A DNA stretch of 64,000 nucleotides from Candidatus Woesebacteria bacterium. Its GTDB lineage: Bacteria > Patescibacteriota > Microgenomatia > UBA8517. Positions 19,423 to 31,977 of this stretch are shown here, one piece after another (position 1 is the stretch's first letter; each line of letters starts with the position of its first letter). The notes under the pieces were generated by a model that saw only the letters and a program-made list of their open reading frames with translations, was not told the origin of the DNA and made no database searches. The stretch covers positions 102,800 through 166,799 of the forward strand of contig CP055308.1 of the NCBI GenBank assembly GCA_013374855.1. Reading direction: 5' to 3'. The translations under genes and the position numbers were made by a program.

Positions 19423-20786
19423 ATGACAAAAGACATCGTCAAAGAAGACTTGCAAGAAAAAGAAAATTTCTCGCCAGCAACTCAAGTCAATAATAATAAC
19501 GATAAGCTTAGTAATCAGAATAAGCCATTAAGAGAGGTTCTATTTATTATTGCTGAAGTCGCTATACTTTCCGCAACTTTTTATGCAGGGATGAAATTTT
19601 CTGCAAAAAAGGAAATTGCAAAACCACCCGTATCCGAAACAAACGAACAATTTATCCCTACACCTACCATCATGCCCTCAGAAAGTGATGAGGAAATATC
19701 AATACCATCAGTACCACTAAAACCAAATGCCATTTCACCATCAATATTCGGTTTTACAAAAACCATTGATCTTCCGGGCATGGGTGTGTCCGAGCTGCTT
19801 TTCCCAAAAACACCAAAACTAGTTACTCTGACCCAAAAACCCATTATTCAGCAGATTTACCAGACGGCTCGATAATTTTTTATATTTATCATTATCAGGG
19901 AGGTTCCCGTCGCACTTGGTTTAGAGATAATATTGGATATCCCGAAAGCATCTTTGAACCCTTTGGAGCAAATAATCATCAAGGTTATTTAAGCATTCCC
20001 AAAGATTCTAGTGAAAATACAGGCACCTTTTATTATTTTGCAGTTGTTAGAACAAATGAGATGCTTGTAATTCAATACAACCCAGGAATAGACAACAACC
20101 AAAATAATCTAGACAAATTTAAAAGCTTTATTTCCACTGTTCAAGTAATTGAACCAAATTTACAGGGTATAGAAAGATCCGATCAAACGAAGAATGAAAT
20201 TGAACGCTGGAGTAGTATCAGAAAAACGATTTGGGAACAGCCAGATTTAGGATTTCGAATAACTGCACCTGAGTGGGTTGAATCAAGGGTTCCAAAGCCA
20301 AGAAAGGATGATGGAACAGTAGAATATACAGAATGGTCAAGAACTTATCCAGAGGCTGAAACTACTAAATTTAACTACGGTGGGGAAGAAACAGATGGTA
20401 TTGTTGTAAAAGGGCTTCTATTTGGCGGGGCACATATCGTATTCTTAAACTCAAAATATAATGGTAAAACTTTTAACGACGTAGCTAACAGCCTATTACT
20501 AGGAGCTGGCAACTGTTCAGTTGGGTGGAAAAATTCGAAATCAGAATGCGGAGATATTCATCCAGACTACTGTTATACAAAAGAAGAAGTTATACAAAAT
20601 TTAGTTGTAAGAAAAACTTCCAAATTTGGACCTTATACAGGCCAGCTAAGGGGAATAAGAGCTAGTTTTTCCCAAAAGAGAGACTGTCGCGGAGAAAACA
20701 TTTGGATTATTAAAGCAAAGAATGGGCAATTTGTTATCTCGACAATTTATCCAGATAGTGAAAAAATCAGATTAGAAGGATTTTAA
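19423..20786 (+). pseudogene. Frameshifted copy of the Cys-rich membrane-anchored protein gene at 27435..28781
   Basis: Two ORFs (19423..19875, 20061..20786) are collinear with the intact 460-aa paralog. The intervening 185 bp translates in a third frame to the homologous FYIYHYQGGSRR...VVRTNEMLV. DNA alignment shows a ~2-nt indel near 19805. Confidence 0.65.
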
Positions 20787-20956
20787 TTTTCTAAAACTCT
20801 ATTTTACAAAACAAAAATAACTATAAAAAACTACAGAGGAAAATTTAAATTAATCCAATTTATTAGGTTACACTAAATTAATTTATCCTAAAACATCGCC
20901 CACGCCAAAACCGACCCATATTAATGTATTAACACATTAATACAAAAAAAGAAAGT

Positions 20957-21943
20957 TCACTCATACCCATTAGGGTTTTTAGAGTGCCAGAGATAAGCAG
21001 TTCTTACTATATCATATATATTATATTTTGGTTTCCAGCCAAGCTCTTTTCTAATCTTTTGATTTGAAGCCCAAAGAGAATCAGCATCTCCTTCCCTTCT
21101 TGGACCAAATTTGTAATTAAGCTTCAGCCCTGTTGTCTCCTCCACAATATCAATCAGCTCTTTATTCGTTGTACCACTACCACACCCAACATTGTAAAAA
21201 CCACTATTTCCGCCACTTTCTAAGAATTCAAGAGCCCTAACATGAGCATCCGCCAAATCAAGAACATGAACATAATCCCTCTCACACGTCCCATCTCTTG
21301 TTTTGTAGTCATTTCCAAAAATAGTAAATGAGGAATCTGACAAGGCAGCCTTTAACATAAGCGGTATAATATGACTTTCGTTGGGATGATCCTCACCCAA
21401 TTCCCCGTCTAAAGATGCGCCAGCTGCATTAAAATATCGCAAGGAAACAAACTCAAGAACAGAAGCCCTGTTCATCCAACTCAAAATTTTTTCTATCATC
21501 AACTTTGTCTCACCATAAGGATTAAGAGGGTTCCTTGGGTCATCTTCTTTTATGGGCAGACTCACGGGGTTTCCATAAACACCAGCAGAGGAAGAGAAAA
21601 CTATCTTCCCAACCCCAAAAACCTTCATTGCATCAAACAAATTAAGACTCAAACCAACATTTGTATTAAAGTAAAGTGAAGGCTCCCTCATTGACTCCCC
21701 CATCTGGATAAGACCCCCTAAATGAATAACACTATCTGGATTTTCTTTTTCAAAAACTTGTAAAAGCTTTTCCTTTTCCTTCAAGATATCAATCTTATAA
21801 AACCTAAATCCCTCTACTGCTTTTTCATGGCCTGAAGAGAAATTATCAACTACAAAAGGGTCATATCCTGATTTTTCAAGCGCTCTTATTACAAAACCTC
21901 CTATATACCCAGCCCCTCCTGCAACAAGAACCTTTTTGCCCAT
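20957..21943 (-). CDS. galE: UDP-glucose 4-epimerase / NAD-dependent epimerase
   Basis: N-terminal GGAGYIGGFV Rossmann motif and GalE-like collinearity (YxxxK region, ...HVLDLADAH...). Confidence 0.85.
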   Translation of the reverse strand: MGKKVLVAGGAGYIGGFVIRALEKSGYDPFVVDNFSSGHEKAVEGFRFYKIDILKEKEKLLQVFEKENPDSVIHLGGLIQMGESMREPSLYFNTNVGLSLNLFDAMKVFGVGKIVFSSSAGVYGNPVSLPIKEDDPRNPLNPYGETKLMIEKILSWMNRASVLEFVSLRYFNAAGASLDGELGEDHPNESHIIPLMLKAALSDSSFTIFGNDYKTRDGTCERDYVHVLDLADAHVRALEFLESGGNSGFYNVGCGSGTTNKELIDIVEETTGLKLNYKFGPRREGDADSLWASNQKIRKELGWKPKYNIYDIVRTAYLWHSKNPNGYE

Positions 21944-22043
21944 AAAACAATTATATCAATCAATTTCCTAAATCAAACTCGCAAAAGAAAGCCTTTGCAG
22001 AAAAAAGATAAAATTATGCACTAACTGCTATAATTAGTAGTGT

Positions 22044-24230
22044 ATGTTCCAAAATCAAGATGAAATAATCACATTAAATCTTAAAGTTCCAAGAAACAGC
22101 AAGACAACACCCGAAGCCTGCCAAACCTTTCTGTCTGCCCTGACCCAAATAAACGCAGTCTCTTTTTGGGAGAGACTAATAGGCACTATTGTTCAACCCC
22201 TTGCTTTAGAAATAGCTCTTGTTAATCAGCAGATAAGATTCCAGATCTCGGCAGACAAAGACATTACCCCTTTTGTCGCAACCCAGCTTCAATCAAACTA
22301 CCCTCTTGTAATAATAGAAAAAACAGCAGACCCTCTTTCCTACCCACAAGTTTATAACATTAATATTAATCCTCTTGAAATAATTTCTCTTTCTCTAAAA
22401 AAAGGAAATTACTATCCAATAGCAACATATGACACTTTTTCTGATATAGATCCCCTGTCATCTATTCTATCTATTCTTTCAAAATCAACACCTGATACGT
22501 TTGCAATAATTCAATTTGCTCTTGAGGCAACAGATTCCTCTTGGCAACAAAAAGGAGCGTCTTTTGCTGAAAAGGGAACAAAAAATGACGATGGTACTTA
22601 TTCCCCAAGAGCGGACAAAAATATAATAAATGATAAAATTTCTTATACAGGTTTTAGAACCTCAATAAGAATTGCTTCAAACCAAACTAGAACCGTAAAA
22701 GAGTTGGCTAGTGCCTTCGGAGTTTTTGCAAGAGCCGACGGAAATTCTTTTAAAACCGAAAAAAGAAAATTTACGTTTTTAAGAACCGACAACAGAAAAG
22801 ATCTGATTTTAAGAAAAGTTAAAGGAAATCAAATACTAAATATAAAAGAACTTGCTACCCTATGGCATTTGCCTTCAGAAAAAATAAAAGTACCAGGAAT
22901 TGGCTGGGGACATTCCGTTTTATACGAACCGCCAGAAAATCTACCAGTTGCCACAGCGGATGAGGAGACAAAAAAAGATATAAACTTCTTTGCCAAAACC
23001 ATCTTTAGAAACCAAGAAGTGATTTTTGGAATAAAAAGCAAAGACAGAACCCGACACATCTGGGCAGTTGGAAAAACAGGAACAGGTAAATCAACAATGA
23101 TGGCAAATATGATTATTGATGACTTTAAAAAAGACCGGGGGGTTGCATATATTGACCCTCATGGAGACACTTGTGACATTCTTCTTGATTACATCCCCTC
23201 ACACAGAATAAATGATACTGTTTATTTCGACCCATCAGATCGAGATTTTCCTATTGTAATAAATCCGCTTGAGGTTACAAACAAAGAAGAGGCAGAACTT
23301 GTAGTCTCAGGGCTAATGAGTATTTTTACCAAAGTATGGGCAAATGTTTGGTCTGCCAGAATGGAATACATCCTGCGAAATTCTTTTATGAGCTTAACTG
23401 AATATCCAAACGCCACACTTGCTGATGTATTAAAAATACTTGTTGATAAAGGTTTCAGAAACAATGTCTTGCAAAAAGTTACAGACCCAAGTTTGATTCA
23501 TTTCTGGAAAGAAGAGTATGAAAAAATGCCTGACAGGCTTCAAAAAGAAGCCATCGCTCCAATTCAAAACAAGGTTGGACAATTTGTAACATCCCCACTT
23601 ATAAGGAGAATAATCGGCAAGCCAAAAAGCACCCTTTCTCTTGAAAAAGTAATAAATGAGGGAAAAATACTTCTTGCCAACCTTTCCCAAGGAAGGCTGG
23701 GTGAAGACAATGCAAACCTGCTTGGAGCGATGCTTATTACTCAAATTCAGCTTGCTGCGATGAGGCGTGTAAACATACCTGTAGAACAAAGGCGACCTTT
23801 CTACTTATTTGTTGACGAGTTTCAAAATTTTGCCACAGACTCATTTATAAAAATACTTTCAGAGATAAGAAAATACAATCTTTCCCTCACTCTTGCCAAT
23901 CAGTATATGGCACAAATTCCAGAAAATGTAAGAAAAGCAATTCTTGGAAACGCTGGAACAATAATCACCTTTTCTGCGGGGGCAGAAGATGCATCTGTTT
24001 TAAGCAAGGAATTTGCCGAGGTTTTCTCCGAAAACGATCTTGTTAATCTTGCCAATTACCAAATAGCAATAAAGCTAATGATTGACGGCCATTCTTCCCG
24101 ACCTTTTCTTGCACAAACATTGCCACTTCCCCTTTCAAAAAACCAAAACAGAGAAAAAATAATAGAAGTCTCACGACAGCGATACGCAGATAAAACAGCA
24201 GGTATTAGGCATAACTTCTCAACAAACTAA
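22044..24230 (+). CDS. VirD4/TraG/TrwB-like P-loop ATPase (type IV secretion system DNA-binding-domain protein family). This copy has no N-terminal TM.
   Basis: Walker A AVGKTGTGKST and Walker B FYLFVDEFQNFA. 728 aa. It is a paralog of 61051..63369. Confidence 0.55.
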   Translation: MFQNQDEIITLNLKVPRNSKTTPEACQTFLSALTQINAVSFWERLIGTIVQPLALEIALVNQQIRFQISADKDITPFVATQLQSNYPLVIIEKTADPLSYPQVYNININPLEIISLSLKKGNYYPIATYDTFSDIDPLSSILSILSKSTPDTFAIIQFALEATDSSWQQKGASFAEKGTKNDDGTYSPRADKNIINDKISYTGFRTSIRIASNQTRTVKELASAFGVFARADGNSFKTEKRKFTFLRTDNRKDLILRKVKGNQILNIKELATLWHLPSEKIKVPGIGWGHSVLYEPPENLPVATADEETKKDINFFAKTIFRNQEVIFGIKSKDRTRHIWAVGKTGTGKSTMMANMIIDDFKKDRGVAYIDPHGDTCDILLDYIPSHRINDTVYFDPSDRDFPIVINPLEVTNKEEAELVVSGLMSIFTKVWANVWSARMEYILRNSFMSLTEYPNATLADVLKILVDKGFRNNVLQKVTDPSLIHFWKEEYEKMPDRLQKEAIAPIQNKVGQFVTSPLIRRIIGKPKSTLSLEKVINEGKILLANLSQGRLGEDNANLLGAMLITQIQLAAMRRVNIPVEQRRPFYLFVDEFQNFATDSFIKILSEIRKYNLSLTLANQYMAQIPENVRKAILGNAGTIITFSAGAEDASVLSKEFAEVFSENDLVNLANYQIAIKLMIDGHSSRPFLAQTLPLPLSKNQNREKIIEVSRQRYADKTAGIRHNFSTN

Positions 24231-24440
24231 CAAAAATAACACAACAGAAAATAGCCAATTTTTTTATTACCAGTCGAAATTTGAGGTTCTACCGCAAAGA
24301 CCTAAAACTTAAAATTTAGTTTTCAAAAGACTGTTAAACACAATTGAAAATTCAATACCCAGATTATGGCTGGAAGAGGTGCCCCGTTTTTTAAAAGAAA
24401 AACGGCGACATTAAAACTTGGGTGTATAAACACTCCTTAG

Positions 24441-25935
<1,495 letters not shown>

Positions 25936-26070
25936 GACAGAGGTGTATTGCTTTGACTTTCAATACACATGCCTTGCCCATTGGAGTAATTCCAATGCCT
26001 CAAAATTGAGGTCTCCCAGCCATAATTTGGATATTGAAATTTTCAACTGTTAAGGTGCCCGCTTTTAATT

Positions 26071-26094
26071 AAAAAACCCACCAGACGGTGGGCT
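26071..26094 (-). terminator. Intrinsic terminator downstream of the RRM gene, before the 16S 5' flank
   Basis: Minus-strand agcccaccgtctggtggg followed by tttttt. Confidence 0.5.
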
Positions 26095-26205
26095 ACCAAA
26101 TAAGCTTTCGTCTGGTTTAAAACAGTTCCATTTCAAAAGATGCCTTGCGGCAAGAAATATTCTACCACAAGCACAACTCAAGTCAATATCGTATTTACCT
26201 CTATA

Positions 26206-26469
26206 TTATCTTTGCTTTGGAGGTCTTGCTATATTAACAACCAAATTTCTTCCACCAACCTCTTTCCCATTCAAACCTTCAATCGCACTTTGTGCCATCT
26301 CCTCTGTTGCAAAAGTAACAAAACCAAAGCCTTTAGATCTGCCTGAAAACTTATCGGAAAGAACAATCGCATCGACCACTTCGCCAAATTCAGAAAAGAT
26401 TTTCCTCAGTTCATCAGAATTAACAGAATAAGGCAGATTGCCTACATATAATTTCTTTTTATCTTCCAA
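26206..26469 (-). CDS. RNA-binding protein with a single RRM domain
   Basis: RNP-2 LYVGNL and RNP-1 KGFGFVTF. Confidence 0.85.
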   Translation of the reverse strand: MEDKKKLYVGNLPYSVNSDELRKIFSEFGEVVDAIVLSDKFSGRSKGFGFVTFATEEMAQSAIEGLNGKEVGGRNLVVNIARPPKQR

Positions 26470-26605
26470 GATTTCTCACCCCCTCATAATTCTCTTGGTG
26501 AGAAATACTTTTGGAGGAATCTGCCTTAAGACAAGGAAGAGCCACCAAGAAGTATTCTACCTCAAGACAAACCATTATAACATACAGAATAATCAAAGTA
26601 TAGGA

Positions 26606-27250
26606 CTAATTACTTTTGCTTCTTTTTGATTTTATATACTCAAAGACAATAGGCATGACAGAAATTAAAATAATCGCAACAATAACCAAAGAAAAGTGCT
26701 CCTTAACAGAAGGTAGGTTTCCAAAAAAATAACCAGCAAGGGTAAAACCAAACGTCCAGACAAAACCACCAAAAATGTTATAGCTGATAAACTTACCATA
26801 ATGCATCTTACCAACTCCTGCTACAAATGGAGCAAAAGTGCGGACTATTGGGACAAATCTTGCAAGAAAAATAGTCTTGCCCCCATGTTTCTTGTAAAAC
26901 TCCTGAGTCTTGTCAATATGCTCTTGATTTATAAAAGGAATTCTGGGGTTATCCACAATTTTTTGACCAAAAAAATGGCCAATCCAATAGTTGGCTGTAT
27001 CTCCCAAAACTGCTGCCGCAAAAAGAATCAAAAGAAGCCAACTTAAATGAAGCGAACCAAGTGCTGCAAAAGCTCCGGCTGCAAAAAGAAGCGAATCACC
27101 GGGCAAAAATGGCGTAAAAACAAAACCAGTTTCAGCAAAAATAATAAAAAAAAGAATAAGATGGGTTAAAGCTCCATAATCTTTTATAATCTCCCCCAAA
27201 TGGGTATCAATATGTAAAATAAAATCAAATATTGAAAGCAAAAAATCCAT
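26606..27250 (-). CDS. DedA/SNARE-associated family membrane protein
   Basis: DedA signature (FTPFLPGDSLLFAAG...RFVPIVRTFAPFVAG), 214 aa. Confidence 0.8.
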   Translation of the reverse strand: MDFLLSIFDFILHIDTHLGEIIKDYGALTHLILFFIIFAETGFVFTPFLPGDSLLFAAGAFAALGSLHLSWLLLILFAAAVLGDTANYWIGHFFGQKIVDNPRIPFINQEHIDKTQEFYKKHGGKTIFLARFVPIVRTFAPFVAGVGKMHYGKFISYNIFGGFVWTFGFTLAGYFFGNLPSVKEHFSLVIVAIILISVMPIVFEYIKSKRSKSN

Positions 27251-27434
27251 ACAAAAAAGATTTTCTTTTTTTTGTAAGTAAAAAGCAAGAGGAAAAAAAT
27301 TTTCAACAAAGAAAAATTATCTCAAAGAAACACTCCTGTATCAAATCTCGATCTTAATCTAAAGCCCAAAAATAATCCTTAGACAAAAATATTAGTGCTT
27401 GACTAAACTATGTGTAACAAAACATAATAAAATT

Positions 27435-28781
27435 ATGGAAGAAAAAGCAAATCTAGCAGGAGGCAAGAACAAACCACTTTACCCTCAAACCACTGTTGAC
27501 AATAAGTTTATTAATCAGAAAAAAATCAAGTTTGTTCTGCTTGTTGTTACCGAAATAGTTATACTCTCAATCACATTCTATGCAGGTATGAAATTCTCCA
27601 CAAGAAACGAAACTTCAAAAACAGCCGCAACTGAAACAAAGGAACAATTTACTTATACCTCTACCCCCACTCCTACTCCTCCTACAACTGATGAGGAAGT
27701 ATCAAGACCAGTAATACCATTGAAGCCAGATGTTATTGTGCCAACAGCATTCGGTTTTATAAAAAAAATTGATCTTCCCGGTATAGGTGTCCGCGCCTCT
27801 TTTCCTGAGAACACCAAAATTACTTATTCTGATCCAAAGACTAACTATACAGCACATTTACCCGACGGATGGATAAGTTTTTATATTTATGATTATCAAG
27901 GAGGTTCACGTCGTTTGTGGTTTAGAAATAACATTGGTCGACCTGAAAGCATATTTGAGAATTTTGGAGCAAATAATCACCAAGGCTATTTAAGTATTTC
28001 CAAAGACTCTAGTGGAAATATATATGACCTTTATTACTTTGCTGTTGTTAGAACAAATAAGATGCTCGTAATTAATTATGGCACAGGAACAGACAGCCAA
28101 AAACTTGATAAATTTAAAAGCTTTATTTCTACTGTCCAAATAATTGAACCCAATTTGCATGACATAGACAGAAAGGACCAAACAGAATTTGAAACTCAAC
28201 GCTGGAGTGACACTAGAAAAACAATTTGGGAACGGCCAGATTTGGGGCTTCGAGTAACAGCACCCGAGTGGATTGAGTCAAGAGTTCCAAAAGGAAGAAA
28301 AGATGATGGAACATGGGAATATTCAGAGTGGTCAAGAATCTACCCTGAGGCTAAAGCTAGTAAATTTAACTACGGTGGAGAAGAATCAGATGGAATTGTC
28401 ATAACAGGATCGTTCTTTGGAGGAGAACATATAGTTTTTTTAAATCCTAAATATACTGGTAAAACTTTTAATGAGGTGGTAAACAATCTGCTTCCAGGAG
28501 CTGGTTTCTGTTCTACAGAATGGAAAAACTCAAAATCTGAGTGTGTAGATATTAACGCAGATTATTGCTATACTAAAGACGAAGTTATCCAAAATTTGGT
28601 CTTGCGAAAAACCGCTAAATTTGGTCCCTACACTGGCCAATTACGAGGAATAAATGCCACTTTTTCTCAAAAGAGAGATTGCCGTGGAGAAGACATTTGG
28701 CTTATTCAAGCAAAGGATGGTCAGTTTGTTCTTTCAACAATTTATCAAGATGCCGAGACAATCAGACTAGAAGGGTTTTAG
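27435..28781 (+). CDS. Cys-rich membrane-anchored/secreted protein of unknown function (intact paralog)
   Basis: N-terminal TM anchor, a T/P-rich linker (TSTPTPTPPTTDEE) and a C-terminal ~300-aa domain with six Cys. The track ORF begins at 27399; the start was moved to the second Met because it aligns better with the paralog. The start is uncertain. Confidence 0.7.
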   Translation: MEEKANLAGGKNKPLYPQTTVDNKFINQKKIKFVLLVVTEIVILSITFYAGMKFSTRNETSKTAATETKEQFTYTSTPTPTPPTTDEEVSRPVIPLKPDVIVPTAFGFIKKIDLPGIGVRASFPENTKITYSDPKTNYTAHLPDGWISFYIYDYQGGSRRLWFRNNIGRPESIFENFGANNHQGYLSISKDSSGNIYDLYYFAVVRTNKMLVINYGTGTDSQKLDKFKSFISTVQIIEPNLHDIDRKDQTEFETQRWSDTRKTIWERPDLGLRVTAPEWIESRVPKGRKDDGTWEYSEWSRIYPEAKASKFNYGGEESDGIVITGSFFGGEHIVFLNPKYTGKTFNEVVNNLLPGAGFCSTEWKNSKSECVDINADYCYTKDEVIQNLVLRKTAKFGPYTGQLRGINATFSQKRDCRGEDIWLIQAKDGQFVLSTIYQDAETIRLEGF

Positions 28782-28972
28782 CTCCTACAATCCTCTTGTG
28801 TAAACAAAGAGAAAAATCGTACATCACAAAATAAATAAAAACTAGAAATTATAAGTAAAGAACTTGAAATAGACTTGTTCTATTAAAGCTTTCAGCTTTC
28901 AAAAATACAAATTGAGGAATATTCGAAAAAGAAGGCATACAAATTCAAAATCATTGAAAACTTTACTACTAG

Positions 28973-29043
28973 CTGCGGGGCTAGGATTCGAACCTAGATA
29001 GCAGGATCCAAAGTCCTGAGTCCTACCGTTAGACGACCCCGCA
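28973..29043 (-). tRNA. tRNA-Gln (anticodon UUG)
   Basis: TGCGGGG...CAGGA-CTTTGGA-TCCTG...CTAGGTTCGAATCCTAG-CCCCGCA-G. U1:A72 and G73 as in bacterial tRNA-Gln. Confidence 0.75.
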
Positions 29044-29110
29044 AAGTATAGAAATTATAGCAAAAGTCTAGTATTTTTAAAATTAGAATGGTAAAATATC
29101 TTTTGCCTCT

Positions 29111-29183
29111 TGGGCCCGTAGCTCAATGGCAGAGCGCCAGCCTTTTAAGCTGGGCGTTGGAGGTTCGAGTCCTCCCGGGCTCA
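29111..29183 (+). tRNA. tRNA-Lys (anticodon UUU)
   Basis: GGGCCCGTAGCTCAATGGCAGAGCGCCAGCCTTTTAAGCTGGG...GGTTCGAGTCCTCCCGGGCTCA. Confidence 0.8.
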
Positions 29184-29235
29184 CAAAACACAATCTACCC
29201 CTTTTTTAAAACTAGTTTTAGTAAATTGGAAGCTA

Positions 29236-29697
29236 TCACTTCCCCTCTCTCACTTTTCCTATCTTTTTCAGTTTTTCCCTTAACTCATCTATTTCGTATT
29301 TAGAAAGATCTATATTTGCTTTTTTACATTCAATTAGAGCAAGCAAATACCTTCTTGCTATTCTGGCATCATCTATCTTTAGAAATCTTATCGGATCAGG
29401 CGCAGCAATTCCAAACGTATCTATGTAGAGAGTAGCAAAAAATACCGTCCTGTAAATTCTGGCTCCTGTTATGTTTTCTATTTGTATAGGATATTCAAAC
29501 TTGGAAAACAAACTGTTTCTTGTAATCGTAACTCTATTGGGGCAGATTGTAATCTTGTCAGGAAAAAGTTCAAAAGGAAAAACAGATTTTGTTTCGAAAA
29601 TTATCTTTCTTGATTTTTCAACCAGAAGATCCAATTCGTTGTCTTTATCAACTTTTTCCGAAGCAGCCTCATACACACCACCCGAGTGCAAAGGCAT
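29236..29697 (-). CDS. Hypothetical protein (153 aa)
   Basis: ORF with a plausible start. No motif was recognised. Confidence 0.5.
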   Translation of the reverse strand: MPLHSGGVYEAASEKVDKDNELDLLVEKSRKIIFETKSVFPFELFPDKITICPNRVTITRNSLFSKFEYPIQIENITGARIYRTVFFATLYIDTFGIAAPDPIRFLKIDDARIARRYLLALIECKKANIDLSKYEIDELREKLKKIGKVREGK

Positions 29698-29756
29698 TTG
29701 TAAAGATTATATCACAAAAAAAATGGTACTTGCAAAATCACAAGTCATTGCAAATC

Positions 29757-31649
29757 TTAGCCAGCTCCACCCCCACCCCCACCTCCACCGCCTCCACCAC
29801 CACCTGAAAATCCACCTGAAGAACCAACACCACGCGCTCCACTTGCAGACAAAGACAAAGACGATAAAGCCGATCCCAACCCAGAAAAAGAGGATTGAAA
29901 AACAGAAATAGAACTTCCTGGCATTCCAGAAAAACCAACAAATAATGGCGATTTCTCAAACTCTTGAGAATATTTAATAGGAAGTTGAGATAGCGCCTTA
30001 ACAGAAACTCCAAGAACAGAGCCGTAAACCAAATATTTCTCCCAAAGAACGACTGAATCTATTGGGTAATTCTTGGTAACTGAATACTCTTTTAAAAAAC
30101 GTCTAAAGGCAAGCCAGCCGGCAAATTCCATATTCCCCTTCTCTGTTCTTTTGTCCATCACAAAAAGCAGGACAAAAAGTGAAAGAAAAAACAAAAACAA
30201 AAAAGGAATCATCGCAAAATACAATCCCAATCCCACACTTCCAAACAAAACAATAGGGAAAAACCAGAAGCTAAGAAAACTAAGAAAGAAAAAAACTGCC
30301 AATTCTATTCCCAATCTTTTTTTAAGATCAGAAGCTTTCTTTTCCAAATATCCAAGATCTACTAAATCCTCACCTGCTTTTCTTATATCCTGCCAAAAAG
30401 AATAGGCTCTAGAAGGTGAATTTCTCCCTATGTTTTTTATCTCATCAAAACTAATTTTCTCCTTTTCAGAAAACAAAAGAGCAATAAGTTTTTTCTCATA
30501 TTTATTCATACTTTTACTTCCATCAATTAACACTAGATAATACTTATCAGTAAAACCCCCCAGTAGTTTTTTTGTTTTCTCCTTACCTATCGATAATATT
30601 CCTCTTCTGACCAAATCAATAATAGTTGAGGTTATAGCCTTACCATTCACTTTCTTTTCAACTAAAGCTTGAACATAAATAGGATGCAAATCACTCGGAG
30701 GTTCGTGAAGTTTGCCAGCGAGATTAACTTCAGGAACTTTTGGATCTTTTCCATACCTATACCAGGCCAAAAACCAATAAACCATTCGCCAGATTATCAA
30801 AACCAATATAAACAAGATCAGAAAAACAGGAAACCAGTTTTTTGTTTTTGTCTGAAAAGAAAATTTTTGCTCTTCTTTAAGTATATATTCTAATGTCTTG
30901 TCTGAACTCTGCGCAAAAACAGCTCCTTCAAGTTTTGGAAAAAGAACTCTCACTTCAAAAAAAGTTTCTGCCGGCAAATTCTCAGCTGAAAAATTAATTT
31001 CCCTATTTGAAACTATATTTATTTTTCCATTTAAAGGACCATGACCAAAAGCCCAAATAGAATCACTTGAGGCCTCGTGAGGCAAATAAACTTTAGCCTC
31101 CACTTTTTCTACCCCCTTTTCCCACTGGTCACCCACTAGTTGCCAATAAAACTCAGAAATATCTTTTTGATTGATGATTGCATTTTTTATTTTGTATCTT
31201 AAAGTAAAAGTTTTTTCTCTATATGAAGCTGTATAAAACCATTTGACATAAAATTTGTCTGCAGTAATATCTATCGTGTAGGTAGAAGGGGTAGAAAGGT
31301 TATTCTCAACAAAAACACCATTCTCATCAGAAATAGAAAAATCTTCTACTTGGTAGTTAGCACATCCCAAACATTTGGCAGATAAATTTATCCACTGATC
31401 TGCCCAAGAAAAAGACCCATCAAAATAATAAGTTCTTGATTCCTGTATTATTGCCGATCCGTCTTTTTGAAGATGTACTTCAATTGATAATTTTGGAATT
31501 GAATAGTCTTTAGCAAAAGTTGAGAAAGGAAAAGCAAAACAGAAAGAAAAGATCAAAAACAAAAGCAAAACCCCTTTTTTAAACATTAAAACAATCTTAT
31601 CACAAAAACAAATCCCCATGACAAGGTCTGTCCTTGTCTTCAGACCCAA
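29757..31649 (-). CDS. DUF2207-like membrane protein with a C-terminal poly-glycine tail
   Basis: Signal peptide, large extracytoplasmic domain, TM helices, and a C-terminus ...SGARGVGSSGGFSGGGGGGGGGGGGGAG. This architecture is typical of DUF2207. Confidence 0.65.
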   Translation of the reverse strand: MGLKTRTDLVMGICFCDKIVLMFKKGVLLLFLIFSFCFAFPFSTFAKDYSIPKLSIEVHLQKDGSAIIQESRTYYFDGSFSWADQWINLSAKCLGCANYQVEDFSISDENGVFVENNLSTPSTYTIDITADKFYVKWFYTASYREKTFTLRYKIKNAIINQKDISEFYWQLVGDQWEKGVEKVEAKVYLPHEASSDSIWAFGHGPLNGKINIVSNREINFSAENLPAETFFEVRVLFPKLEGAVFAQSSDKTLEYILKEEQKFSFQTKTKNWFPVFLILFILVLIIWRMVYWFLAWYRYGKDPKVPEVNLAGKLHEPPSDLHPIYVQALVEKKVNGKAITSTIIDLVRRGILSIGKEKTKKLLGGFTDKYYLVLIDGSKSMNKYEKKLIALLFSEKEKISFDEIKNIGRNSPSRAYSFWQDIRKAGEDLVDLGYLEKKASDLKKRLGIELAVFFFLSFLSFWFFPIVLFGSVGLGLYFAMIPFLFLFFLSLFVLLFVMDKRTEKGNMEFAGWLAFRRFLKEYSVTKNYPIDSVVLWEKYLVYGSVLGVSVKALSQLPIKYSQEFEKSPLFVGFSGMPGSSISVFQSSFSGLGSALSSLSLSASGARGVGSSGGFSGGGGGGGGGGGGGAG

Positions 31650-31977
31650 TTAGTATGCGAGCCACAGGAATTTATTTTGGAAGCAACATCTCCTTGATCT
31701 TCAACAATTATACATGATTACTTCTGACTCAGTCATGATCCGAACTGTACTTAACTACCAGTAGTTATTAGAACCATATGATATATAAAAGGAATTCTAT
31801 AATTGGTAGTCAAGATAATAAAGCAAAAATCTGGTAAAATTGAATCGTGTTCTATTATACCTAAGCTAACGGATGACAAAAGTCATCGCTTGCGGGATGC
31901 TTTTTGTATCTTCCCAAAAGCACAAGTAAACGAATGATATGAAGAGATTTTATTATTGCAAAAGGGGGTGATACAGC

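Noticed and set aside
19423-20786. Possibility that the split paralog uses programmed ribosomal frameshifting
   Set aside because: There is no slippery heptamer or downstream structure at the junction. The intact paralog is a single ORF. DNA alignment shows a small indel, so this is a pseudogene or a sequencing error.
29738-30405. ORFs 29738..30013 and 30073..30405
   Set aside because: Out-of-frame or antisense within the DUF2207 gene. The first is driven by the GGN simple repeat.
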